From Camelus ferus (lineage: Eukaryota), in NCBI RefSeq assembly GCF_009834535.1, contig NC_045697.1:10790001-10854000 (forward strand): 64,000 nucleotides of DNA, given 5' to 3'. This document shows positions 12,415-24,879 of this stretch, one piece after another. Every line of letters begins with the position of its first letter. The stretch's first letter is position 1. The position numbers and the translations under genes were made by a program. The notes beneath the pieces were generated by a model. It saw nothing but the letters and a program-made list of their open reading frames with translations, made no database searches and was not told the DNA's origin.

Positions 12415-13849
12415 AATCTAGGTCTAGCAGAAATTGCTTATGGTGATGTGTTCTGCTTTCTATTTAATTTAACTAATTCACTTGGACTTTCTACGTAGGC
12501 TTTGCAGAATTTAATCCATATAAACAAGGCAGCTCCGAAAAGGAAGTGAATGCTGCCAAACCCTTTAGTTGGGGAGTTACTGCAGAGGGCTCAGGATTGA
12601 GCTCTGAGAGCTAACACAAAAATGGGATGTGTTAGGTTATAAGGGTCTGTTATTTCGGGAGGGGGAAAGAAAGTGTCATGTGAAGAAAGACACAAAGCTT
12701 TATTAACCTCTCCCAATAATCTCAAACCAAACGGGCGGGACACATGCCTAACCTGGGTGGCCTTGTTCCTGGCCCAATAGCTCCAAACATGACTCTTTGG
12801 TCCTCTCACAGGTTCTGGAGCTGCCTAATGTCCTTAAAGAAGTTCTTTGTCTGCTTCAACTTGTGAGAATGGATGAACTCAGAAAGATGGAGGACTTGAA
12901 GATAGTCATGTGGTCAACTCCATATTTTTATATATTTAAGGATCTTTAAAAAGACCATGGCTTGCTGGTTGACTGTATGTCTGTGGGTCCTGCTGATAAT
13001 TTTACTGATGTCAGAAGGTCCAGCATTATATTTCTAGAGTGTTTCCCATATAGTCTTCAATGGACATTCTGATCTCTGCAGTCACCATTTTCCAGATGCC
13101 CGAGTAACATCCCCCAAGAGGCAGGGTTAGTCATGGTGAAAGGGCTTGAGCGGGTCAAGTTTGAAAACCTTGCCTTCCAAAGAGTCACTCAATCCTAAGA
13201 ACTGTAGACGCTGCATTTTTCCTGGGTGTATGTGTGAGTGAGATTTGCAGATGCAGAAGCTGCTTCAGTAGCACCTGAAAATGGTCTCTGACAAATCTGA
13301 TTATTCGCTTCTTTCCTTCTTTCTTTTAGAAGTCTGGGGAAGAAGAAATAATTAACAATTGACTGAGATGCTTCGTTCATTTGGGTTCTGATTAAAGTCA
13401 GAGAAGGCTCCAATCTTAGTGTTACTGACTCTGGGAAATGATCTGTCAGACCACCTATAAAGCAGCAATAATATTATGAAAGGATGTTTTCAGAAAAGTA
13501 ATTTTCTAAGCTGTGATATAAAGGTTTCTCATCTATGTGTGCTTTTATCTATAGTGAGTTCCTGGTGTGGTGGAATTTTTTATTTAGAGGTGAAATAGTC
13601 ACATTGGCATTACATCCTTTAAATAAATATAAGAATTGAGGCATGCCTTGGCTTTGGAAAATGGCATGCAACTAGCTCTTTTCTTTTTAAGTCTTGTAGT
13701 TTAGCTAAAGCTTCTCCTCATTTTGCAGAAGTTTGGAGACAAAGATGATGTATTTGCACAAGAATCCTAAAAGCCTTCTGAGAAGGAAAGAAATGAGGTA
13801 CCAACCCCTTCCACCAAGACTTAAAATTAGGAAAACTTGCTACAGTGGA

Positions 13850-14310
13850 TGGTGGTGGTTCTGACCAAGGTGCAGTGACAGAAGAGGACATTGTGGTTCC
13901 CCAGTGGGAGACTCGCTACAAGAGAGAGTGGAGTCTGGCAGTGATCTGCGCTCCACACATTCGTCCCAAGTCCAGGTTTTGAGAAGCTTTGTCTGGTACA
14001 CCACGAGCAGGAGTTCAGAAGATCCACAGGTAGGAGCCAGGAAACCAGACATCTTTGATGACTTACTAAAGAGCTCAAACATTCCATGTTGCATTAAGGG
14101 CCATTGAAGGGTTTTAAGCAAGGCAATGGCTTGGTTTTCACGTTAGAGAGCTCATTCCAGTGGCCAACGTAGAGGGTACCCCTGAGAGGAACAAGAGTAG
14201 GGTCTGGGAGGCTGTTGTCATGGCCCAGGGAAAGAAATGGGGCCTGAATGAGCCAGAGGTAGATTCAAGTAGCGGGAGGTAAAGCCATTGTGTTGGTAAT
14301 TGATTAGCTC
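13850..14310 (-). mobile_element. L2 LINE fragment
   Basis: gggccattgaagggttttaagcaaggc...agctcattccagtggcc...gggaggctgttgtcatggcccagg is a typical reversed L2 segment. Confidence 0.6.
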
Positions 14311-14804
14311 AGTGGGAACAGTACTTAAGTTGTTTGCTATTTGTGCTGTTTATTAGTATTATAAATGGTAGGAATTGGAGTAAGTGGCCAATTAGTCTTT
14401 TCCAGATTCCACTTGTTTCAGCTGTTGGTCTCAAAATTTTCAAAAGAAAATCATGACAATGGGGCTCTGTTTAGCTTCGCTTATTTCATAATGACTGTGG
14501 TTATCATTCCCTGTTTGTTGAGTGGAGTCATTGTTTTAATTTGCATAAGTGGCTTTTGGATATGCAAAGATCCAATTAATTAAAAGCTAGATATCAACTG
14601 ACAGAAGAGAACAAGTACCTCGATGTGGCCATGATGTTAAAGAGAACAAATATCTGCCTGGAGAGTTTGCCAATATTTTCATTGAGTTAATTCTAGCTGC
14701 CAAAGATTGATGGGAAGAAGAGAACATAAAGAAAAAAAGAAGAAATATAGATGGTCTTGGCCAAATGATACCTCTGCAGATTAGAAGCATGGGGGGGGGT
14801 GTCA

Positions 14805-15000
14805 TTACTTTTTAACAAAAATGTTTAAAATTAGAAAAGCAACACATATTTGTTTTAAAATACCAAGAACAGTAACCTGAAACAATAATGGTGTGTATGG
14901 TATAAATGAATAAACAGCCTCACACCCCACACCCAACCTCCTGCTGTCCTGGACCCACTTAGTAACCACTGTTAGTAGACTGATGTGGATTCTTCCAGGT
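14805..15000 (-). mobile_element. Old L1 (L1ME4-like) 3' end fragment
   Basis: agaaaagcaacacatatttgttttaaaa...gtaaccactgttagtagactgatgtggattcttccag. Confidence 0.4.
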
Positions 15001-15289
15001 CAAAGGTGTCCTGAAAGAGATTCTGTTCATTTTACAGACTCTGACAACACGTGTTTCACTAAGGTAACCTTTGACCTATTTCATTATCTGATGAAGTCTA
15101 CCTGATGATTCAGTTTGTAGCTTGCTGGTTGGCTGAATTATGGAATTGTTGGCAGGAGATGCCGTCATGTTGGGACAGCAGACAGTGGGAGTAAGAGAGA
15201 CGGGACAGAAAGCCAGGAAAAAGAGGTCAAGTGAAGGTTGAATGCAAATGGAGATGCCAGGCAGGAACATAGAACGGGATCGGGATTGA

Positions 15290-16390
15290 AGGCTTGCAAG
15301 TCACCTTCTCTGTCTTCACTTTCTCTCTCTGGTCCTAGTCACCCTAACCCCTTGCTGCTGACCTTCACCCCCAGGCTTCTAAATTATTCTCCCAAGGGGC
15401 ACCAAGGGACTATTTGGTCACTACATTTGATGACATTCCCCCAAATTTCACCTTCCTTAACCTCGCTCAGCATTTGACATTGCCAGCCACACTCTCCTTC
15501 ATGAATCTTCCCTGGTCCTTGGCTACGGTGACAGTGTACTTTTCCAGTTGTTAATGTCCCTGAACCTTCTTGTCCTGATTTCTGTCCTCTGCTCCTCTTC
15601 CAGTCCTCAAGTTGTGGGCATCACCTACAACTCTATTCCTTTCCTGTATCTCTTTTCTCTGCATTTCTTGCTTCCTGGACATTCAATTCACGTCTGTGTC
15701 TTCAACGGTGATCTCTGTGAGGGAGATGCTGTAATATTATAGGCTATAGATAGAAAGAGAAATATAATCTGGCCCTGATCTTCCCTGGGATTCTGGTCTT
15801 CCATTCTCTATTACCCTCTAGACATGGCCCATTTGTATCTCAAACTCAACATTTCTAGAGCTGAACTTGTCTTTTTCCCCATCCAGCAGACTCCTTAGCC
15901 TGGCCTGGAGGGGTCTCCATGACCTATCCCTGCCCACTGGTCCATTCCTATCTCCGGCCGCTCTCCCACCAGCATCCTCTTTTCCAGTCATTTCTGAATC
16001 ACTGCAGGTGCATGGCCATGCTGAGCTGTCGGGTGACCCCACGCTGTTAACTACGTTCCCTCCGCCCTAAATGCCCTTCTCCCTGGGTTTGGATTTTTCT
16101 CTCCCCAAACAACCCTTCTTCAGTTCTCAAAACCTCTCTTGGGCATCACCTTCTTGGGGAAGTCTTCCTTGAATTCCTGGATCCAGTATCTCCTTGCGGT
16201 TTCCTATAGCTCCCCTGGAAATTCCTGTTATAGACCTCACCATGCTATAGTCTGATGGGTTCTTTGCTTGTATTCCTGACGAGCTGTGGGCCCTTTGAAG
16301 AAAAGGACTATGTCTTTGGTCTCTGCAGTGCCAGGGCCTAGGGAAGTACTTCACACACAATAAATGCTCAGAAAATACTGGAGAAGTAGG
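15290..16390 (+). mobile_element. L2 LINE, long degenerate copy with 3' end
   Basis: ctcagcatttgacattg..., tctcaaactcaacatttcta..., ends with cagtgccagggcct...aataaatgctcagaaaatac. Confidence 0.6.
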
Positions 16391-16394
16391 AGAA

Positions 16395-17347
16395 CCAACT
16401 TCTCCCTTGTGGCTTCTCTATTTTTGGTGATGGCTAAGCCATCTGCAATTCACATCTCTAGTCCTGACGTCTCCCCCGACTCCAGAATCATACCCTTCCC
16501 TTGCAGCATCTCCACTTGGATGCGCAGCAGGTTTAACAGCGATAGCAGATTCTCAGCAAAGCTCCTGATGCCTTTGCCCACTCCCCGCCCCCGTCTCACA
16601 AGGGCACACTGTCTACCCAACCACTCAGGGCAAAAGCCTTGGAAACATCCTAATGTCTCCTTTTCTTCTACTCTACATCAACTCCAATAAAAAAAAAAAA
16701 AATCCTGCAAGCCTTACCTTATCATATCCTGGGAATCTGGCTGCTTTCCGTCTAACAGTATCCCATTAGGCCAAGCCATCATCATCTCCTGCCTGGACTC
16801 CTGTAGTGCCTTCCCACTGCTCTCTGAATGTCCACGTTTGTTCCTCTATGAATGACTCTTCCACACGATGACTAGAGGTCCTGAGCCTGGCTTAGAAGAC
16901 CCTTCTGGATCCGGTCTGTGACTATTGCTCTAGACTCCCACCACCTCCTCCTTGCCGACTCTGCTCTGCCCACACACGTCTCCTAGCTTCTTGCTAAACA
17001 CACCGGACAGGTGCCCACTTCCGGGTTTTCCCTTATATTCTTTCTTTCAGATCTTTGTTTGGATCCCTGCCCCACGCCCTTCTGGTCTCTGTTCAGAAGT
17101 CACTCCCGGAAAGAGGACTTCACTATTGACAAAAGTACCTCCCTGCCCCTCCATGCTCTTACCCTGATTTATTTTTCCTTTACCCCGTGATATTTTATGT
17201 TTCTTTATATATCTATTGATGATCTCTTATCACTAGTATAGAAGCTGCCTGAGGATTTATCAAATTCTTGGCTGCAGCCCAGGATCTGGAACAGTTCCTG
17301 GTATGATAGTAAGTGCTCAATAAAGATTTGATGAATGAATGAATGAT
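16395..17347 (+). mobile_element. L2 LINE, second copy with (TGAA)n tail
   Basis: catctccacttggatg..., ccaagccatcatcatctcctgcctggact..., ends gtaagtgctcaataaagatttgatgaatgaatgaatga. Confidence 0.7.
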
Positions 17348-17589
17348 TCTAGTTCTTGAAGGCTATGAGTCATCTTTGTTTCCTGACTTGCCTTCCTTCC
17401 TGTGTTTACCAAGTTCTTTAGAGTCTTCCTGGTGTTAATTTGGTTAAAACTTATTGATGCAAACTGACTGCCTTGCAGTGTGTTACTGACTTATCTCCCA
17501 CAATTGCCACAACAAGTCAGATAACTGATGGATAAGAACTTTGTAAACTCTAAGGCACCACACAAATCTCATTTGCCTTCCAGCCCCAC

Positions 17590-17990
17590 TGCGATGACAC
17601 TGATGAATGTTACTTCCACTCCAACCTGTGCAGGTGCCTCTAACTGATCTTCCTACTTTCCAAACCCTCTCCAGACAATGGATTCCGAACTCTATTGCTG
17701 ACTGAATTTTCTTAAAGCATTGCTATAAATATGTCCCTCTCCTACTCAAAAACTTTGAGTGTCTTCCAATTCCTGACCAAATAATACACAACCCCCTTGG
17801 CTTGCAACCAAGGTCCTCCCCAATCTGACTGCAAATGGCCTTCCCACTGTCTCCCTCTGCCCCCCAGGGAAACGCTAGCTCTTCAAGTCCGTCTAGACCA
17901 CTCAGTTCTCCCCGAGGACAGCTGCTCTCCTCCCTGCCTGTTTTCGCTTCCAGGTGATCTTTCTCTGCTCTCTAAATTTTTAAAGCATTG
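17590..17990 (+). mobile_element. L2 fragment
   Basis: gcctctaactgatcttcctac...atgtccctctcctactcaaaaacttt. Confidence 0.5.
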
Positions 17991-19299
17991 AGTTCTTCCT
18001 GTGGTGGTTGGGGTAGGCACTCATCTTCCAGCTACATTTCCTTAAAGGAGGAAGAAAGGAAAAAGATGCAAGGAACACTTTCAGTATCTCTCCCTTCTCT
18101 CATCATTCTGATTTGGAAGGTAGGGAAATTGGACATCCATTTGTCCAGGCTTCTCTGATTGTTTGCCCCTTTTTTCCAAATGGGCAGCGCGGCTCTCTAT
18201 CTGGGATCTGCCTTTCAAAAACCAGTGTGCACTCACAGCTCCTGCTTCTTCTATCTAGTAGATTTCCAAGACAGGTTTTCATCTGGCTGGATGTAGCCGT
18301 CTGCCTTTCGGAGTTGGCGGAGGGGCGGGGGGAGTCATGGGACGCCTACATTTGCTACAGGATAAGCTACTTTCTCCAACGTAGCCTTTCTGAATCACAG
18401 TTTTGATGTTTTGGTCTCCCTGCCTCTGATTCAATTTCTTAATTGGTCCTGGACTCTGAAGAGATGGAGCAATTAATTATCACTCTCCCTTCAACTCAGA
18501 CATCACTCGGATGACGCTTTTTATGAACTCCTCTACAGTACAGATTTTATAATGTCTCATTCAGGCTTGTAACCCAATATTATAAGCATATAGAAAGAAG
18601 AGGCACTGTTATACACTGTTATCTTTCCTAAATCTCTTTAGACTTCAGGTGCATGGCCAGTATTGATTTGCTTGGAGGTCATAATGGGATAATAAATCAG
18701 ACACTAAGAAAAAAATTAAAAATAAAATAAAGATGATGAGAAATGGGATGTTTCCTGTAGGAATTTTGGCTGAAATTCAAAGCTAGTTAAAAGGTATGAC
18801 AAACTCTCTGTGTTATGCAAAGCAATGCTAAACACATTTCTGAGATGTGAAGAAACAGATTCTTTGACTGGCAACTCCATCAACCACCTTCAACTGTATA
18901 AGAAAAAGCTGGAGGATGCTTTAGATAGAATTCATGGCATTTTGCCTGATCTTCACTCTGGAGTAATAAAGGAGGGCTTGTCCCCTTAAGCCAAGTTAGA
19001 GTGGTCCGTTAAAGCAAACCTAGAAAGGAAGAAAGTCTGCCAGGAGGAGTACTGACATCCCACCCCTTGAGACTGAGAACTTCTCCCTTGCCCAGGGAGC
19101 CCTGCAGGTGGGAGGCTGGCCGGAGCTGCCTGAGATGGCAGCTGAGGACCTTGAGGCAGGGGTCAACTGGCCAGGACTTGCAGAGTTCGATGGAGAAGCA
19201 TGTCTGAGTGGCCATGTAGAAGGCGTTCAGTTGTCTTGAGATGGTCATACCCAAAGTGAGTGTGAAGGCAGTTGTGTGAGAAACATATAACCTAGTTAA

Positions 19300-19450
19300 A
19301 GTGATACTCACGGAGTGCTTGGCTAGGACTAGGGTTCACGGGATGTTTTATTAATCCTCACAACAAACCTAAGAAGTGGTAATTTCATTCCTACTTTATA
19401 GATGAGAAAATGGAAGCATGAAGAGGTTGTTACTTGTGCAAGATCGTAGA
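19300..19450 (-). mobile_element. MIR SINE
   Basis: ttaatcctcacaacaaacctaag...tttatagatgagaaaatggaagcatgaagaggtt is the reversed MIR core. Confidence 0.65.
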
Positions 19451-19539
19451 ATAAGTGAGGTTCTGATGGATGTTGAGAGAAGCAGATCCTTGTATATTAG
19501 CCTGGTTTTGATACCATCCTTCTTTGGTGATACGCACAT

Positions 19540-20355
19540 TTAATACTTCTAGCTCTGATCTCTCTCTCTGTCTCTGGAACTCAAGGTTTGTATTTCCAAT
19601 TGCTTACATTGATATCCCCATTTGGATATTTAATAGTCAATGGAAAATAATATATACAAAATAAAAACCCTTGGTTGAAACCTGTTCCTACTTCCTCTTC
19701 ACCACCTCCGTTGCTTAAGCCACATCCTTTCCTTCCCCCTCCTACAGCCGCATCGAATTCTTTCCATTTCCTCTGCCACCTTCTTAGTCCAAGCCCCATC
19801 ACCTCCTGCCTTTCTTCTTTCCTCTTCAGTCCACAGGAGACAGAAAAATCTTTTCAATCCCCTCCACTGGTCTTGCATTCCTCTGAGAATAAAAGTCCAG
19901 CTCTGTACCATGGAGCCCTGTGAAGCCTGGCTTCTTCCTCCTCTTAACCTTTCTCCCATTTCTCATAGGGTTTTGGCAGCACCAGCCTCCTTTCTGTTCC
20001 CCGGGAGCCCAGGCATTTGCACGTGCTCTTCTCTCTGCCTAGGACGCAATTGTCCCATCGTTTTGCATGGGTAGATCATCCTCACCTTTCGATCTCAACC
20101 CAAAGGTCACCTTCTCATTGCTGTCCGTAGTTACCCCATCTCTCTTCCCTGTTAATTTTTTTCATAGCCCTCCATACAATTGGTAATTATTTTGTGTATT
20201 CTTTTTTGAGTCATTTTTTGGGAGGCATTCATTTCAACCTCCTCCCCACCAACTAGGACGTAAGCTTCCTGGAGAAGGAAACTTGCTTACCTTCTTCCTC
20301 ACTGTATTCCAGAATCTAGCATGTTTAATAGGTGCTCAACACATACCAGTTAAAT
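19540..20355 (+). mobile_element. L2 LINE copy with 3' end
   Basis: ttagtccaagccccatcacctc..., ggcatttgcacgtgct..., ctgtattccagaatctagcatg...taggtgctcaac. Confidence 0.6.
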
Positions 20356-21049
20356 AAAAGAGAAAAAATCTCAGTAAACGTTTATGGTATGGAAGATCAA
20401 AGGGAGAACCATGAGTCAGATGCCGTATACTGGATACAGTGAAGTTTTTATTTGGTGGGAGTGGGATCGCTTGCTGGGGAAGCCAAAGCATGTGGTCATC
20501 ACGATCAGACAACTGTCTCTTTTGGAGACATTTAAAAAGCACCACCACTCACCCATACTTATTCCTGCACTCAAACAATATTTATTATTTTCTCGTGTTC
20601 TAAGCACTAGCATAGTGGCCAGGGGTACAATGAAATAGGTACAGTCTGTCCCCAAAGCTTACAGTCTAGCATTCACCATGAGAGGAGAGCAGGAGAGGTG
20701 GGGGTGGGGCAGGGATCAGAGCAAGTCTCCAGTAGCTCCTCGACTCTACAATATCCCCAGGAAGTTGAAATTTCAGTTTTTTCATTTTAAGTACAAGGTA
20801 AAAGAAAAATCCAGAAAGAGTCTCTAAGGGATAGAAAAATGCCCACCCTTGGAAGGTAAGATTACCAATGAACAATTGGAGCAGAACTTCATCTAGATCA
20901 GTTGGTATGTTTTCTAATGTGAAAGATAGAAGCTGGTGATCCTACAGCTGGAAGTTAGAGCTCGAGATACTTATAGCCTTTCAGAAATTACAACAGCACT
21001 GCTATTCAAGACTTCTGCCAATATCAACTTCTAACACAAGGGAACAGGG

Positions 21050-21295
21050 AACAATGGAGAAAGCAGTGAAAAAGTTGGGCTTGGAAAACCTGAATGAGAG
21101 TTCTTGCTCTGTTCCTACCAGCTCATTAGCCATAAGGATGTTACTTAATCTTTTTCAGTCCCAGTTGACACATCTACACATTGGTGATGAAAAAAGCTTA
21201 TCTCTTATGATCTTGTTGTAGATTAAATGAGCTAACCCATGTAAAGTGCTTAGCACATCGCCAGTCATCCAGCACACAGAATGTTAGCTAATACT
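21050..21295 (+). mobile_element. MIR SINE
   Basis: gttacttaatctttttcagtcccagtt...gattaaatgagctaacccatgtaaagtgcttagcaca. Confidence 0.65.
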
Positions 21296-21360
21296 AACGT
21301 GGTTTGGGGGAAAAATTGCTGTGGCATCTAAGTCACAGGGTTATCATAAGGAGTAAATAA

Positions 21361-21378
21361 TGTGTGTGTGTGTGTGTG
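21361..21378. repeat. (TG)9 microsatellite
   Basis: Read directly. Confidence 0.95.
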
Positions 21379-21836
21379 TATAAATACCTATTACAGTGCT
21401 TGGAATATGGTAAAAGTCAATAAAGTAGTTGTTAAATAGACCAATGTATTGGAAGAGCAACAAAGTGTAGATTGCTATAAAAATGCTTCTGTTTTAATTT
21501 TATTATTTATTTTCTCACCAAAAATAGATTGAGTAATTAAAAGCCTTTGTGTGAAAAAAAGATGTTCAAAACTTTCCGTATGATATTTAGAAAATTTAGC
21601 AATTGGTAGGGCATGGGTGCTGACCAACTGAATGGATAATTGGATGCTGGCAGTAGCTACAGAGAATGGGGTTCAAGGGTCCCCACCCTGCCAAGCATTA
21701 TCCCTTTAGCTAGAAATTGTGAGAAGACCTTGGAGGAGCCCCAAGGAGGGACAAGAGAAAAAGAAGAGAGGGAACTGGTGGAGAGGTTTGCACAGGGTAG
21801 CAGGCATTTTCTGACAAGTATAAAACAATTTCACTA

Positions 21837-22225
21837 CAGACCTAGGGAGTATTAAGTTTAGTGAAATAAGTCAGATAGAGAAAGACAAATGGTCTGTGTT
21901 ATCACTTATAGGTGGAGTCTAAAAAATAGAACAAATGAATATATCTAACAAAACAGAAACAGACTCACAGATATATAGAAAAAAAAATTAGTGGTTACCA
22001 GTGGGGAGAGGGGAGGAGGGAGGAGCAAGATGGGGATTTGGGATTAATGAGTGCAAACTACTCTGTATAAAATAGATAAGTAATGATGATATACTGTACA
22101 ACACAGGGAAATACAGTCATTGTTTTGCGGTAACTTTAAAGGGAGTATAATCTATAAAAATATTGAACCACTATGCTGTACACCTGAAAAAATTTAATAT
22201 TGTAATTTAATTATATTTCAGTAAG
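21837..22225 (+). mobile_element. 5'-truncated L1 3' UTR
   Basis: agtgaaataagtcagatagagaaagacaaat...gtggttaccagtggggagagg...ctatgctgtacacctgaaa. TSD aaacaatttcacta (21823-21836) / aaacaattttgcta (22226-22239). Confidence 0.85.
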
Positions 22226-23036
22226 AAACAATTTTGCTATTTTAATCTCTGGGTCAGCTTAATGCCTATGCTCTGATGCAGCTCTGCCCTCTAAACTACA
22301 CTCTGTGTGAACTGGAGTTGAGAAGAGAGAGAATATATCCTGTGTATTATACTGTTCTCCCATTCACTTCCCATCCTAAACTAGGGTTTGTTTGCTTGAA
22401 AGTAATGCTCTGTCAAAGAACTGGGTCGAAGGAGAGACCCCGAGAACTCCGCATCAGGGGAAGGGTGTGAGTGTTCTATCGGGGATCTGTAAAAAGTGCT
22501 CTGTTTTTGGTAACATGCGGGTGAGTTGCCAAGTGCGTCATCCCTAGCTGCTGCTGCTCTTGATAACACATTATTGGTCATCTTTATTCCAACAGAATCC
22601 TCATCATTCTCTGTGGGTTTGATGCTGAACTTTAGACCCACTTTAGTAATAATATTTATAACTGGTATGTTAGAAACCCTGCCTTATTTGTATAAAAGCA
22701 GCTTATTTGAAGATTTCAGAGGAAATGGTGGGGAATAAACAAACTTCTAGTCACTATTTTTTTCAAAGTGCTACTAAGGAATTGAGCCTTAACATTCTTC
22801 TGTATAACTCTTGTAAGATCTCTATTGATGTACTAGATTTCATGAAAAGTCAGTGGCCTCTGTGGGGTTTGGGTTTTGGAAATTACAGTTAGTGAGGCAA
22901 TGTGAAGGCAGGACCACAAATCTTTATGTTCCTTTCCAAGTGAAACATGTTTGAAAAGGCTATGTAAGCTGATTAGCACAAATGACGTCCACAATACACC
23001 TACCGGAGAGCTTCTGTGAAAGGACTTTTTGTAAAG

Positions 23037-23520
23037 CGTGTTGGCCAAGATTTTCCAGAGAGATAGGCCAACAGGATGTTTCTGCCTCTATCTCAATCTC
23101 TATATCTAATCTTTGTATCTATCCATCCCTCCGTCTATCTATCTATCTACCTATCTATCAAGAGATTTGTTTTAAGGAATTGGTTCATGAAATTATGGAG
23201 GCTTGGGGAGGGAGTCCAAATTCTAATGGGGTAGACCAACAGCCTGGAGACAGGGCAAGAGTTGCAGTTTGAATCCCAATGCAGTCTGTTGGCAGAAGTC
23301 CCCCTTTCATGAGTGAGATCGGTCAGTTTCTATTAAAGCTTTCAACTGATTGCACGAATCTTACCCACATTATGGAAGGCAATCTGCTTTACCCAAAGTC
23401 CACCAATTTAAATGTTAATGTCATCCAAAAAAGTGCCTTCACAGAAACCTCTAGAATAATGTCCGACCAAATATATGGGAACTGCAGCCCAGAGAAGTTG
23501 GCATAAAATTAACCCTCATA
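23037..23520 (-). mobile_element. MLT2-type (ERVL) solo LTR
   Basis: gagatttgttttaaggaattggttcatgaaattatggaggct...cccacattatggaaggcaatctgcttta...ataaaattaacc is the reverse of an MLT2 consensus; internal (CTAT)n. Confidence 0.75.
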
Positions 23521-24220
23521 TAAGGTAATGTGAAGAATGCCTCACGTTTTGTTGTTATTTGTCTGTTTCTAAGAGAAAGCTGCCCTGATGGCAAAACAAT
23601 TTCTCTTGGAGGAATAGCTGCAGATTGAGATGTTAAACTGGAAAGAAGACTTGGGGCATATAGTAATACAAATACGGCAATACCTCTCAATGTTCTCACA
23701 ACCCAGAGATATATAATGTGTGGGTAAGATGTGTATATATATATATATATTAAGTGAAGTGAATATATATATATATTCTGCATTTTCAAAATGCTCTAAT
23801 ACCTGCATGTGAAGGGCAGAGCACAGAAACAGGACTGTCAGAGGAGATGAATTTTAACACAAGGCTAATTGGAACCATCAATAAGTGATGACTTCTGACC
23901 ACAACTGGTCCCGAGCAGACTGATTCCCGACCTTCTGTGGTGAGCTAATTTCCAGTTCCTCGCAGTGGCTGCCACAGACTTTTCTCTTTTCCCTCAAGCT
24001 CCTCCCCGCACCCACTTTATCCCCTACTTGCAGAGGCAAAAGGCCACCAACTCCATAGCATCCTTCTCAAACATCTCCATTTTTAGCCCTTCTTTTTTCC
24101 TATCTCAGTGAATAGGTTTGCTGGATTTCTCCCGAGGCCAGTTTGCCTGCTTTGTGTACTTGGCCCTATCCTTTCCACCATCTCCAGGTCCTTGCTTAAT
24201 TGGTGAAAATAAAACTCTTT

Positions 24221-24376
24221 TTTTTAAAATTAACTTTTATTGGAGTGTAGTTGATTTATAATGTTAGTGTCAGGTGTACAGCAAAGTCATTCTTTTCCAT
24301 TACAGCTCATTAAGAAATTGAATATAGTTCCCTATGCCATATAGTAGGTACTTGTTGTTTATGTATTCTATGTATA
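24221..24376 (-). mobile_element. 5'-truncated L1 3' end
   Basis: tttattggagtgtagttgatttataatgttagtgtcaggtgtacagcaaagt...; TSD aaaataaaactcttt (24206-24220) / aaaatacaactcttt (24377-24391). Confidence 0.8.
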
Positions 24377-24520
24377 AAAATACAACTCTTTAGAAATAAA
24401 AATGGGATGCTCTCTTCACTTAATATTTTGTAGCAACTGGGCTTTTTAGTCTCAATGTCTGCTGTGCTATGCTGGGCTTATGGCTGATAGGATTTATATG
24501 CAATCCAGATGTGTGAGAAA

Positions 24521-24576
<56 letters not shown>
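24521..24576. repeat. (ATCT)14 tetranucleotide microsatellite
   Basis: Perfect array, read directly. Confidence 0.97.
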
Positions 24577-24879
24577 GCATTGGTATGTTTGGACTAGTGC
24601 AGGAGTGAGGATGACAGAAAGAAAAGCAGATGTACAAAATAAGAACAATATAGTGTGAAGTATTTGTAGGTGGAGGGACTGAAAATTCTTTGCTATTTGT
24701 GCTGAATTCTTAATGCATAGTGCAGAAAGTGTGGTACACAGCGACCAGAATCACCCACTTATCATGCATTAAAGGCAAGTTTCAGGCAACAGCGACACTT
24801 ATCATTTACTGGGTCTTCTCCCGGCCATGTCTCCCTACCCTCGCTGCTGTGCCCACTACCTTGTTCATCTCAAGGCATA

